A stretch of 18,795 nucleotides of DNA from an uncultured bacterium (GCA_963780225.1 CAWAAX010000021.1:1-18795), one strand, 5' to 3'; shown: positions 1-8,734, counted from the first letter of the stretch. Numbers and translations: made by a program. The notes: generated from the sequence alone by a model not told the origin.

Positions 1-37
1 ACTCAGCGGATTCTAACTATTATCATTGCGAATATTT

Positions 38-69
38 AAAAGCCCCCCGCCTTAGGCGGGGGGCTTTTT
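38..69. terminator. Intrinsic terminator, probably bidirectional
   Basis: Perfect 14-bp inverted repeat aaaagccccccgcc (38-51) / ggcggggggctttt (55-68), loop tta, with A and T tails. Confidence 0.85.
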
Positions 70-110
70 GTTGTCCAACGAGGAAAAAACAAAAAATATT
101 AAAAAAACAC

Positions 111-139
111 TTGACAAAACCATGAAAATATCATACTAT
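111..139 (+). promoter_or_regulatory. sigma70 promoter of the TetR gene
   Basis: TTGACA (111-116), 17-nt spacer, TACTAT (134-139); A-tract-rich upstream region. Confidence 0.8.
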
Positions 140-167
140 TAGTCTAATAAAACATACTAAGAGTATA
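132..167. promoter_or_regulatory. Tandem palindromic operators, likely TetR autoregulation
   Basis: ATACT-att-AGTCT (133-145) and ATACT-aag-AGTAT (154-166), 21 bp apart; the first overlaps the -10 box. Confidence 0.6.
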
Positions 168-168
168 T

Positions 169-807
169 ATGGGCATAAAGCAAAGACGTCAGGATATTGC
201 CGCGATCAGGCGGCAAGACATCATGAAAGCGGCCTGGACGCTGATGGAATCAAAGGGTGTGCTGGCCGTGACCATGGATGAGATAGCCCGGAAGGCCGAG
301 TACACCAAGCAGACTGTATACTCCTATTTTGCCAGCAAAGACGAACTGCTGGTGGCCATTTATCTGGAGCGATTAAGGGAAAGGTGGGGCCTGCACCAGG
401 AGCAAATGGATGCCATGTCCACCGGGATCGGCAAACTTTGGGCCTTCGCCCGTTCTTATTACAGTTATTTTACCAGGCACCCCGTAGATCTCCAGTTGGT
501 GATGTATCTGGATTTTTGGGGGCTATATTCGACAGAGACCTATAAAAAACTTTACACCCCACAGTGCGAGTACTTTGACAGTACGGATAAATACATGCAA
601 CGCGCCCTGAAGCAGGCCCAGGAAGAGGGAAAGGTGCGAAGCGGCCTGGACCGCTGGTGGACACTCTCTTATTTTTATCTATCGTTACGGACCAATCTCA
701 ACAAAGCTATGATGAATAAGAAAATATCTCTGGCTAAACGGAAGGATATATATTTTTCTTTTGTAGACATCTTTCTGCGGGGCATAGCGCCGTCTACGGA
801 TAAATAA
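169..807 (+). CDS. TetR/AcrR family transcriptional regulator
   Basis: N-terminal HTH signature IMKAAWTLMESKGVLAVTMDEIARKAEYTKQTVYSYFASKDELL; 212 aa. Confidence 0.95.
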   Translation: MGIKQRRQDIAAIRRQDIMKAAWTLMESKGVLAVTMDEIARKAEYTKQTVYSYFASKDELLVAIYLERLRERWGLHQEQMDAMSTGIGKLWAFARSYYSYFTRHPVDLQLVMYLDFWGLYSTETYKKLYTPQCEYFDSTDKYMQRALKQAQEEGKVRSGLDRWWTLSYFYLSLRTNLNKAMMNKKISLAKRKDIYFSFVDIFLRGIAPSTDK

Positions 808-910
808 CCGATAGCACAATAACAATTTACAGCAAAAGGAGGAAGAAAGACATTATATAATTGACATTGATCCAGAAGAAATGACGATGTATTTTTTTTA
901 CTTACAATAC

Positions 911-926
911 AAACAAACGTTTGTTT
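911..926. promoter_or_regulatory. Perfect 16-bp palindrome, candidate repressor operator
   Basis: AAACAAACGTTTGTTT lies just after a possible -10 TACAAT (903-908; weak -35 ATGACG at 881-886) and upstream of the SD AAGGAGG (959-965). Confidence 0.55.
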
Positions 927-971
927 TTCTTCTTGTTTTAGCAAAAAACAAAATTTAAAAGGAGGAGAATA

Positions 972-3299
972 ATGAAAAGAATCATAATCCGCACAGTGAT
1001 GGGCTGGTTTTTCCTGAATTTATTGGCGCATTTAGCCGGGGCGCAAAGCCTGTCATTTGTAGGACAAGCCATCGATCTCAACGTCCCGGGGATCTCCTGC
1101 ATCACCATCTACGATCTGGACAGGGATGGCGACAAGGATATCGTTGGGGGCACTGAGATCCCGGGCAGAGGTCTTTATTGGTGGCGAAACGATGGCGGTG
1201 ATCCTGCACAATGGACGCGATTCCTGGTGGATGTTAGCATCGATGACGCCATGTCGATCGAAGTCGCATATATCGACAATGATACTTTTCCCGATATCAT
1301 CTCCACGGAATTGTATCAGGGACAGATTGATTGGTGGCAGAACAGTGGCAATCCAACATTGGGGTGGATTAAACATGTGGTAGGAGAACCCTACGGTGCA
1401 CACGATGCTATGTGTGCCGACATCAACGCTGACGGACACACAGACGTAGTAGGGGTCAGTTCATATCCCGGCTCGATCTCGGTATTCTATAACGATGGCG
1501 CTACGCCCCCGGCGTGGACAGAGCACCCACTATGCGACACATTCGGCGGGGCTAAGACTGTGACCATTCATGACCTTGACCGGGACGGTGATTTGGATGT
1601 GATCGGGGCGGCCGAGACAGCTAATACTATCTGCTGGTGGGAAAACATTGGCGGTGATCCAGTTAATTGGGAGGAACATATAATAACCTCGGGTTTCGAT
1701 GGAGCCCAGATAGCCATCCCGGTGTTGATGGATGGTGACAGCCTGTATGATATTATCGCCGCCGGGGCCGAATGCCAGCAAATAGCATATTGGCTTTGCC
1801 AGGACCTGGCCACAAATCAATGGACCAAACATATTGTTACAGACCAATTGGGCGTAGCGGTGAATGTACGGGGCGGTGATTTTGACGGCGATGGAGACCT
1901 GGACATCGCGGCAGTAGGGATGATACCCGGAGAGTTGTCCGTATTCCGGAACGACAGCTTCAACTGGACCCCGACGGTGCTGCGAAGCGATTTCGGACGC
2001 GGTTGGGCGCTGGAGGTCAATGACATTGACCAGGATGGCGATCTTGACATTATCGCCGGGTCAGAGGATCTGGGGGACCTTTTCCTGTGGGAGAATATGC
2101 CGGACTTTAGGCCCCATATGAATTCCAACTCGCTTGCTGTAATGCAGAGCGCAACCGGAAGCATTCTGGTCTCCATCGATTCCCACAACGATTACCACGG
2201 AACTGTACAACTCAGCGCTTCCGTCAGTCCTGCACCCGGATCAGGCCAAGTTGATTTTACTTTCAGCCCCGCGTATATCAATCCCAGCGGTTCCTGTTCC
2301 CTGATAGTCGCGGCCTCGGTTGATATGGCGCCAGGTAGATATGTCATCACGGTAACTGCTGCAGATTCAGTGGACATAGTGAATGCAGACTCCACTATAA
2401 CTTTATGGATACTGGGATCAAGCCAGGCGGCGGTAATCGGGGGGGACCATGCAATGATGGAGTTGGTGCGGGGGATATGGGGGACAGTGGACAGTCTGTG
2501 GGATGTGCCGCCGGCCATAGGCCCCAGCTACCAGGCATTGGTGATTGAGCACGGGGCAGCGCCGGGAGATACTATCCTGATCCGCCGGTTCATCGGGGAC
2601 GGGGGAAGGGTGCTGCTGACCCGCCAAGTCCCATCGGAATTGTGCGGCTTAAACCTGACTCCCATCAGCAACTGGATCGGGGCCAGCGGATACGGTAACT
2701 ACAGCGGAACCGGGATCCCCATCCTCTCGACCAGTGAACAGCCGTTCGGAGTATCTGGGATCCAGACCAATGATACACTGGGAACTGCGGTCTCTGGTTT
2801 CGGAAGGTTGTCGGGACTGGCTGCCGGGGGAGTGAAGCTGGCCCAACTCGGGTCTTATGCCACCGTCTTGGCTGGGGTATACTGCGGAAGCGGTTCCGGA
2901 CATTGCCTTTATTATACCGGCGGGGCCGGGATCAGCCCCCAGAGCGATTCCTTGCTCCTGGGGTTTTTGACAAATACGCCACTGGGGGTGGAGGGATGGG
3001 ATGACGGTGGAACAGCTACCTGTCTTTCCTCAAAAATGAAAGTCTGGCCCAATCCCCTTAAAGAAAGAACAAACATAAGATACAGCGTGGCATCCCGCGG
3101 GTTGGCAGAACTCCGGATCTATGACATTCTGGGCAGACTGGTCAGCATAGAGCAAAGCGGAATGCTGGAGCCGGGGACATACATCCTGGAATGGGACGGA
3201 AAAAGCAGTAAGGGGCAGGCCGTATCTGCCGGAATATATTTCGTAAGGCTGTCAAGCAGGGACGGGAATGTGACCAGGAAGATAGTCAAACTTCAATAA
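972..3299 (+). CDS. Secreted FG-GAP/VCBS-repeat beta-propeller protein with C-terminal T9SS type A / FlgD-Ig sorting domain
   Basis: Signal peptide (..LAGA/Q); seven DxDxDGxxD-type repeats (DLDRDGDKDIV, IDNDTFPDII, DINADGHTDVV, DLDRDGDLDVI, MDGDSLYDII, DFDGDGDLDIA, DIDQDGDLDII); C-terminal VWPNP..IYDILGRLV..WDGK..GIYFVRL..RKIVKLQ; strong SD. Confidence 0.88.
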   Translation: MKRIIIRTVMGWFFLNLLAHLAGAQSLSFVGQAIDLNVPGISCITIYDLDRDGDKDIVGGTEIPGRGLYWWRNDGGDPAQWTRFLVDVSIDDAMSIEVAYIDNDTFPDIISTELYQGQIDWWQNSGNPTLGWIKHVVGEPYGAHDAMCADINADGHTDVVGVSSYPGSISVFYNDGATPPAWTEHPLCDTFGGAKTVTIHDLDRDGDLDVIGAAETANTICWWENIGGDPVNWEEHIITSGFDGAQIAIPVLMDGDSLYDIIAAGAECQQIAYWLCQDLATNQWTKHIVTDQLGVAVNVRGGDFDGDGDLDIAAVGMIPGELSVFRNDSFNWTPTVLRSDFGRGWALEVNDIDQDGDLDIIAGSEDLGDLFLWENMPDFRPHMNSNSLAVMQSATGSILVSIDSHNDYHGTVQLSASVSPAPGSGQVDFTFSPAYINPSGSCSLIVAASVDMAPGRYVITVTAADSVDIVNADSTITLWILGSSQAAVIGGDHAMMELVRGIWGTVDSLWDVPPAIGPSYQALVIEHGAAPGDTILIRRFIGDGGRVLLTRQVPSELCGLNLTPISNWIGASGYGNYSGTGIPILSTSEQPFGVSGIQTNDTLGTAVSGFGRLSGLAAGGVKLAQLGSYATVLAGVYCGSGSGHCLYYTGGAGISPQSDSLLLGFLTNTPLGVEGWDDGGTATCLSSKMKVWPNPLKERTNIRYSVASRGLAELRIYDILGRLVSIEQSGMLEPGTYILEWDGKSSKGQAVSAGIYFVRLSSRDGNVTRKIVKLQ

Positions 3300-3304
3300 T
3301 ATTC

Positions 3305-3343
3305 AAGAAGAAGCCCCCCGCCTTTGGCGAGGGGCTTCTTCTT
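3305..3343. terminator. Terminator between the convergent FG-GAP gene and recG
   Basis: aagaagaagccccccgcc (3305-3322) / ggcgaggggcttcttctt (3326-3343), 17 of 18 bp; the mismatch is a G-U pair on the - strand. Confidence 0.85.
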
Positions 3344-5393
3344 ATCCGGTCTGGATCAACTCATGCGCATCGGGGAAATGGAATTTAAGGTTGTGGTCAA
3401 GAAAGGCCTGTTCCGTGGTTGTTAAAACCTTTTGCATTGTTTCCAGGGCCAGTTGTTTGGCCGGGGCCACCAAACGGGCATCGGCTATCAGGTCGGCGAT
3501 CTTCAAGACCGGCAAGCCGTGCTGGCGGGTTCCCCAAAGTTCACCGGGGCCCCTGATCTTAAGATCTTCCTCAGCGATCTTGAACCCATCCGAGGTGCTC
3601 TGCATTATACTCAAGCGCGCTTGGGCCTCCGGTGTGGACTTTTGGCCGGACATCAGGATGCAGTATGACTTGTGCTGTCCCCGGCCCACCCGCCCCCGCA
3701 GCTGGTGCAGCTGCGACAGGCCGAAGCGCTCGGCATGCTCGATCACCATCACCGTGGCATTGGGCACGTCAATGCCCACTTCTATCACCGTGGTGGCCAC
3801 CAGCAGCTGAATGCCGCCGTTACGGAAGGCTTCCATCACCTGCTGGCGCTCATCAAAGTTCAGCTGGCCGTGGATCAGGCCGGTCTTGAAATCCTTGAAA
3901 ATATCGTCGCTCAGGTGCCGGTGCATCTTGATAGCGGCCTTGAGATCTGTTTTCTCCGATTCCTCGATGATGGGGTAGATCACATATATCTGCCGCCCGG
4001 TCTTCATCTGGTCGCTCAGGAAGGTGTAGACCTTGGTTCGGCTGGATTCCGATGCCACTTTGGTGACGATGGGCTGGCGGCCGGGGGGCAGTTCGTCAAT
4101 TACCGAGATGTCCAGGTCACCGTAGGCGGTCATGGCTAGGGTGCGGGGGATGGGGGTGGCGGTCATCACCAGCAGGTGGGGATCCTGGCCCTTAGCCCTG
4201 ATTTTGGCCCGCTGGGCCACCCCGAACCGGTGCTGTTCGTCGATAATGGCCAGGGCCAGCGCTTTGAAGTTCACCTGTTCCTGGATCAGGGCATGGGTGC
4301 CTATGGCCAGCAGTATCTCGCCCGATCCCAGTTTGCGGTATATCTCCTTTTTTTCAGACGGCGGAGTTTTGCTGGTCAGCAGGGCGGAGGTGATGGACAA
4401 TTTGTCCAGCCAGGGCTTGATCCCTGCATAATGCTGTTCGGCCAGGATCTCGGTGGGGGCCATCAAGGCGGTCTGCAGGTTCTGGCCGGCCGCCTGGATC
4501 AGGGCTGCAAAGGCCACCAGGGTCTTGCCGGAGCCGACATCGCCCTGGAGCAGGCGGTGCATGGGCTTGGTCTGCGAAAGGTCTCCGGTTATCTCCCGCA
4601 TCACCCGTTCCTGGGCGGCCGTGGGAGTGAAGGGTATCACGGACTCGAAACTCCGCCGCCAATCAGATGAGACAATGGGGACGGCCCGGGCCAGTCCGGA
4701 AAAGTTCTTCCGGCGCTGCAAAAGCAGGACCTGCAGATAGAACAATTCCTCGAAGGCCAGGCGCTCCCGGGCTTTTTGGGCGAACTGGATGCTTTGGGGA
4801 AAGTGCATCTCCTGGACGGCATTCTTCAGAGGCATCAGTCCCCGGTTCTGGATCACGGCTTCGGGCAGGGATTCAGTGAGATCGGACAAATGCCCTTCCA
4901 TGGCCGCTTTGAGCACGGTCCGGATCTGCCGGGCCGAAAGCCCGGTGGTGGAGGGATGGAGGGGGACGATCCGCCCGGTGTGGATCAGCTCGGCGTCCTC
5001 GTCGTCTATAACCTCGTATTCCGGGTTCAGGAAGACCAATCCCCGGTCGTATTTGGCGGAACCGCTCAAGACCACGGTCTGGCCGATCTCGAACCTGTCC
5101 TTTAAATAGGGCTGGTTAAACCATTTGACCGGCAAAAAACCTGATTCATCGTTTATCATCAGGTTGAAAATGGTAAAGCCTCGCCGGGCGTAATTGACGC
5201 TTTTGCCGGAGACCTTTCCTATCACCGTAACATCCTGGCCGGGATGGAGGTCGGCGATCTTGGTGAAGACGCTGCGGTCAATGTAGCGGCGGGGGGCATG
5301 ATAGAACAGGTCGCGCACCGTGAAGATGCCCAGCTTGTGGAACAGCTCGGCCCGCTTGGGGCCGACCCCTTTTATGTATTGGATCTCAGTCAA
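3342..5393 (-). CDS. recG: ATP-dependent DNA helicase RecG
   Basis: IKGVGPKRAELFHKLGI, RLAFEELF, RLLQGDVGSGKT, IIDEQHRFG, MTATPIPRTL, LHQLRGRVGRG, DLKIRGPGE; TTG start. Confidence 0.98.
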   Translation of the reverse strand: MTEIQYIKGVGPKRAELFHKLGIFTVRDLFYHAPRRYIDRSVFTKIADLHPGQDVTVIGKVSGKSVNYARRGFTIFNLMINDESGFLPVKWFNQPYLKDRFEIGQTVVLSGSAKYDRGLVFLNPEYEVIDDEDAELIHTGRIVPLHPSTTGLSARQIRTVLKAAMEGHLSDLTESLPEAVIQNRGLMPLKNAVQEMHFPQSIQFAQKARERLAFEELFYLQVLLLQRRKNFSGLARAVPIVSSDWRRSFESVIPFTPTAAQERVMREITGDLSQTKPMHRLLQGDVGSGKTLVAFAALIQAAGQNLQTALMAPTEILAEQHYAGIKPWLDKLSITSALLTSKTPPSEKKEIYRKLGSGEILLAIGTHALIQEQVNFKALALAIIDEQHRFGVAQRAKIRAKGQDPHLLVMTATPIPRTLAMTAYGDLDISVIDELPPGRQPIVTKVASESSRTKVYTFLSDQMKTGRQIYVIYPIIEESEKTDLKAAIKMHRHLSDDIFKDFKTGLIHGQLNFDERQQVMEAFRNGGIQLLVATTVIEVGIDVPNATVMVIEHAERFGLSQLHQLRGRVGRGQHKSYCILMSGQKSTPEAQARLSIMQSTSDGFKIAEEDLKIRGPGELWGTRQHGLPVLKIADLIADARLVAPAKQLALETMQKVLTTTEQAFLDHNLKFHFPDAHELIQTG

Positions 5394-5416
5394 AACGGAT
5401 TTTATGATATTTTTAA

Positions 5417-5448
5417 ATAAAACCGAGGGGGGATTCCCTCGGTTTTAT
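5417..5448 (-). terminator. Intrinsic terminator-like hairpin after mglA
   Basis: Perfect 13-bp inverted repeat ataaaaccgaggg / ccctcggttttat with a U-rich tail on the - strand. Confidence 0.75.
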
Positions 5449-5522
5449 AAGTCTATTGCAACAAATAGCGGTTATTGATATTACAAATACTGTTTAAAGT
5501 GTTGGTTTGTCATTGTATTGGT

Positions 5523-6113
5523 TCAAGTGATCCTTTTTCCGACATTACCCAAAACCAGTTTGGACAGAGCTTTCAAAGTATCCAGCACCCCGATGCCCTG
5601 ATTTGCCACGGCCTCAAAATAGGGGAATCCCTGGGGATTAAGCTTGGTGTTCAACTCGTCCAGGGTGACGCTATTGGGCAGGTCGCGCTTGTTGTACTGC
5701 AGAACCAGGGGCAGGCTTTCCAAAGTCAGTTTCATCTCGGCCAGGTTCTCTCCCAGGTTCTTAAAACTTTCCAGGGTGTCTGCAAACCGCTCGGTCTGGG
5801 AATCGGCCACGAACACGATGCCGTCCACGCCCCTCAGCACCAGCTTGCGGGAAGCGTTGTAGAACACCTGGCCCGGCACGGTGTACAGGTGAAATTTGGT
5901 CTTATAACCGTGGATGCTTCCCAGATCAAGAGGCATAAAATCGAAGAACAGGGTCCGGTCCAGTTCGGTGGCCAGGGAGATCAGCTGTCCCTTGGAGCCG
6001 GGGGAGACCTTCTCGTAGATGTAGCGCAGGTTGGTGGTCTTTCCGCCCAGACCCGGGCCGTAAAACACCAGTTTGCAGCTTATTTCGTGGGTGGCTTGAT
6101 TGATTAGGGCCAT
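5523..6113 (-). CDS. mglA: MglA-family small Ras-like GTPase
   Basis: KLVFYGPGLGGKTTNL (G1), DRTLFFDF, LYTVPGQVFYNASRKLVLRGVDGIVFVADSQ, QYNKRD (G4). Confidence 0.93.
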   Translation of the reverse strand: MALINQATHEISCKLVFYGPGLGGKTTNLRYIYEKVSPGSKGQLISLATELDRTLFFDFMPLDLGSIHGYKTKFHLYTVPGQVFYNASRKLVLRGVDGIVFVADSQTERFADTLESFKNLGENLAEMKLTLESLPLVLQYNKRDLPNSVTLDELNTKLNPQGFPYFEAVANQGIGVLDTLKALSKLVLGNVGKRIT

Positions 6114-6160
6114 AGTATCACAGTTAAAAGATGAATGATTATCTTATTTACCTAAGGGAA

Positions 6161-6187
6161 GACAGGATTAACATGATTGACGGGATT
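6161..6187 (+). repeat. 3 x 9-nt degenerate tandem repeat
   Basis: gacaggatt aacatgatt gacgggatt in the glgA-mglA spacer. Confidence 0.6.
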
Positions 6188-6207
6188 TGCAATATATTCT
6201 AACGACT

Positions 6208-7675
6208 TTATTTTTCCGCAAGCATTGAGTAATAAAGTTCCTGATATCTTAGGGCCGACCGGTCCCAGGAAAAGTCCCCGGACATGGCCTGTCTGGTCAG
6301 CAATGACCATTCTTCTTTTTTGCGGTAAACCTGCAAGGCCCTTTTGACCGCCGATACCAGTTCCGGGGAATTGAACCCGTCGAACAGGAAGCCGTTGGAA
6401 TCGGAGAAGGAAGGCTCATAGTCCACTATGGTGTCGGCCAGGCCGCCGGTTCTTCTGGCCACCGGGATGCTGCCGTAGCGCAAGGCTATCATCTGCCCCA
6501 ATCCGCATGGCTCGTAAAGCGAGGGCATCAGGAACATGTCGGAGCCGGCGTACATCAGATGGGAGAGGGCGGGATCGAAGCTTAGGCTCAATCCAAAATT
6601 CTGGGGATATAGGCGTTTCTTTTGCGCAAAGGCATCGTGATACCTTTGTTCCCCCGTTCCCAGCACTGACAGGTCGCAGCCCAGTTCCACCAGCTCATCC
6701 ACTGCTTCCAGCACCAGGTCGCAGCCCTTCTGGCCGGCCAGCCTGGTGACCATGACCAGCAGGGGGCGGTTCCCGGAATGGACCAATCCCAGTTTTTTGT
6801 AGAGGATGCGCTTAAGGGTGCTCTTGTTGGCTATCCGGGCCTGATCATAGTTCAGCGTCAGGTATTTGTCGGAGGCCGGGTCCCATTCACTGTAATCGAT
6901 CCCGTTGATGATGCCGGTCAGGATGTTTTCCCTGGCCTTAAGGGCCCCGTCAAGCTGAAAGCCCTGTTCAGGGGTCAGTATCTCCCCGGCATAAGTAGGA
7001 CTGACCGTGGTCAGCCGGTCGGAGAAGAAGATACCGCCCTTGAGGTAATTCACCTGGCCATAAAATTCCAGGCCATCCAGGGCGAAGCATTTTTCTGGCA
7101 GTCCGGTCAGCGAATATTGCTCTTTTGGGAACACACCCTGATAAGCCAGGTTGTGGATGGTGAAAACTGTTCTTGCCTTTTTCCAAAACATTTTGCGGCC
7201 GGGACTGCATTTGATCAGGGCCGGGATCAGTCCGGTCTGCCAGTCGTGGCAGTGGACCACATCGGGCGGCTGTTCTAAAGTTTCGATCAGTTCAACGGCG
7301 GCCCGGCAGAAAAGGGCGAAGCGGAAGGCGTTGTCCGGGTAATCTCCGGCAGCGGTTCCGTAAAGTTCGGGACGGTCCGAGAAGGCCGGATGATCCAGAC
7401 AGAAAAGTGTTGATGCCCGGCAGGTGGTCTGACTTAAGGATATTGATGCGGTGGCTGACGTCTTCGATGGAACAGGTTATGGTCTGGCCGGTCTTCGTAA
7501 CATTGAACTTCCTTTGATCGATCTTCCGATAGCCCGGCAGAATGACTGTGTTCTGATGGCCCAGCCGGGCCAGGGCCCGGGGCAGGGCTCCGGCCACATC
7601 GGCCAGGCCCCCGGTCTTGGCAAAGGGATGGACCTCGGAAGAAACCGTCACTATGTGCAGCGGCCGCCGGCTCAA
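6208..7675 (-). CDS. glgA: Glycogen synthase (GT5), interrupted by a +1 frameshift at about 7403-7406
   Basis: The N-terminal frame has SSEVHPFAKTGGLADVAGALP. Removing one base from the 4-nt run at 7403-7406 joins NTFCLDHPAFSDRPELYG..DYPDNAFRFALFCRA to VHCHDWQTG..TIHNLAYQG..MPSLYEPCGLGQMIALRYG, giving 488 aa. The TTG start overlaps the galT stop (TTGA). Confidence 0.92.
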
Positions 7676-8673
7676 CCTATCTCCACCTCCCGCAGAAACT
7701 GGGCATACTCCTCGGGCGGGGTGGGGTTGATGTAAAACCCGGTTCCCCGCTCAAATCCGGCCACCCTGGTCAGCCGCGGCATTATCTCCATGTGCCAGTG
7801 GAAGTGCTGGAGCCCGGACATCTGGCAGGGGGCGGTATGCAGCACCAGGTTGTAGGGGGGATTGTTGACTGAAGCTTTGATCCGGAGCAGGGTCTCCTTC
7901 AGCATGGCGGCCAACAGGGCCAGGTCGGCCGGGGTGATGTTCTCAAAATTGGATTCGTGCTTTTTGGGCAGCAGCCAGCATTCAAAGGGGAAGCGGGCGG
8001 CAAAGGGGGCGATGGAGATGAACCGGTCATTTTCCAGCACCAGCCTGCGGCGGTCCTCTGTCTCCTGCTTGACTATGTCGCAGAAAACGCAGCGTTCCTT
8101 GTAGCTGTAGTATTCCTTGGCTCCGGCCAGCTCCTCGTTGATGGACTTGGGAACGATGGGGGTGGCTATCAGCTGGCTGTGGCTGTGTTCCAGCGAGGCT
8201 CCGGCCCGGTAACCCTGGTTCTTGAAGATCATCAGGTATTTCAGCCGGGTATCGCGCTTCAGATCCTGCATCCGGGAAACATAGGCGGATAAAATGTTCT
8301 GGATGTGAGGTATGTCCAGGTCGGATAAAAACCGGTTGTGCTCCGGCATTTCCACTATGATCTCGTGGGCCCCGATGCCGGACATTTTGTCATACAGCCC
8401 TTCGCCGGATTTCTCCAGTTCGCCTTCCACCCTCAGGGCCGGGTATTTGTTGGCGATCACCCTCAGCTGCCAGCCGGGGGAGTTGGGGGCCGTCTCCGGC
8501 GGCCTGACAGCCAGGATCTCGGGCGTGGTCAGATGCTCCTGGCCGTAGCAAAAGGGGCAGGAGCCGTGGCTTACCACCGGGGCGGGGATCTCATAATCCA
8601 CCGGGCGTTTGCCCCGCTCGGTGGAGATTATCACCCAGCGGCCGATGATGGGGTCTTTGCGAAGTTCTGGCAT
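7672..8673 (-). CDS. galT: GalT-family hexose-1-phosphate nucleotidyltransferase
   Basis: MPELRKDPIIGRWVIISTERGKRP, CPFC, NKYPAL, GAHEIIVE, GASLEHSHSQ (HxHxQ), FHWHMEIMPRL. ATG at 8673 preferred over TTG at 8679. Confidence 0.92.
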   Translation of the reverse strand: MPELRKDPIIGRWVIISTERGKRPVDYEIPAPVVSHGSCPFCYGQEHLTTPEILAVRPPETAPNSPGWQLRVIANKYPALRVEGELEKSGEGLYDKMSGIGAHEIIVEMPEHNRFLSDLDIPHIQNILSAYVSRMQDLKRDTRLKYLMIFKNQGYRAGASLEHSHSQLIATPIVPKSINEELAGAKEYYSYKERCVFCDIVKQETEDRRRLVLENDRFISIAPFAARFPFECWLLPKKHESNFENITPADLALLAAMLKETLLRIKASVNNPPYNLVLHTAPCQMSGLQHFHWHMEIMPRLTRVAGFERGTGFYINPTPPEEYAQFLREVEIG

Positions 8674-8699
8674 AAACAATATTTATCAGTTGAACTTAA

Positions 8700-8728
8700 A
8701 TTATATCTGCTAATTATTGTAAAGTCAA
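8700..8728 (-). promoter_or_regulatory. sigma70 promoter of galT-glgA
   Basis: TTGACT (8728-8723), 17 nt, TATAAT (8705-8700). Confidence 0.8.
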
Positions 8729-8734
8729 TGAAAT

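Noticed and set aside
861..890. TTGACA at 861-866 as the -35 for the FG-GAP gene
   Set aside because: No acceptable -10 at 16-18 nt spacing; TACAAT at 903-908 is too far away.
7395..7415. Programmed frameshifting in glgA
   Set aside because: No X XXY YYZ slippery heptamer or evident stimulator; similar +1 homopolymer errors recur in an unrelated gene.
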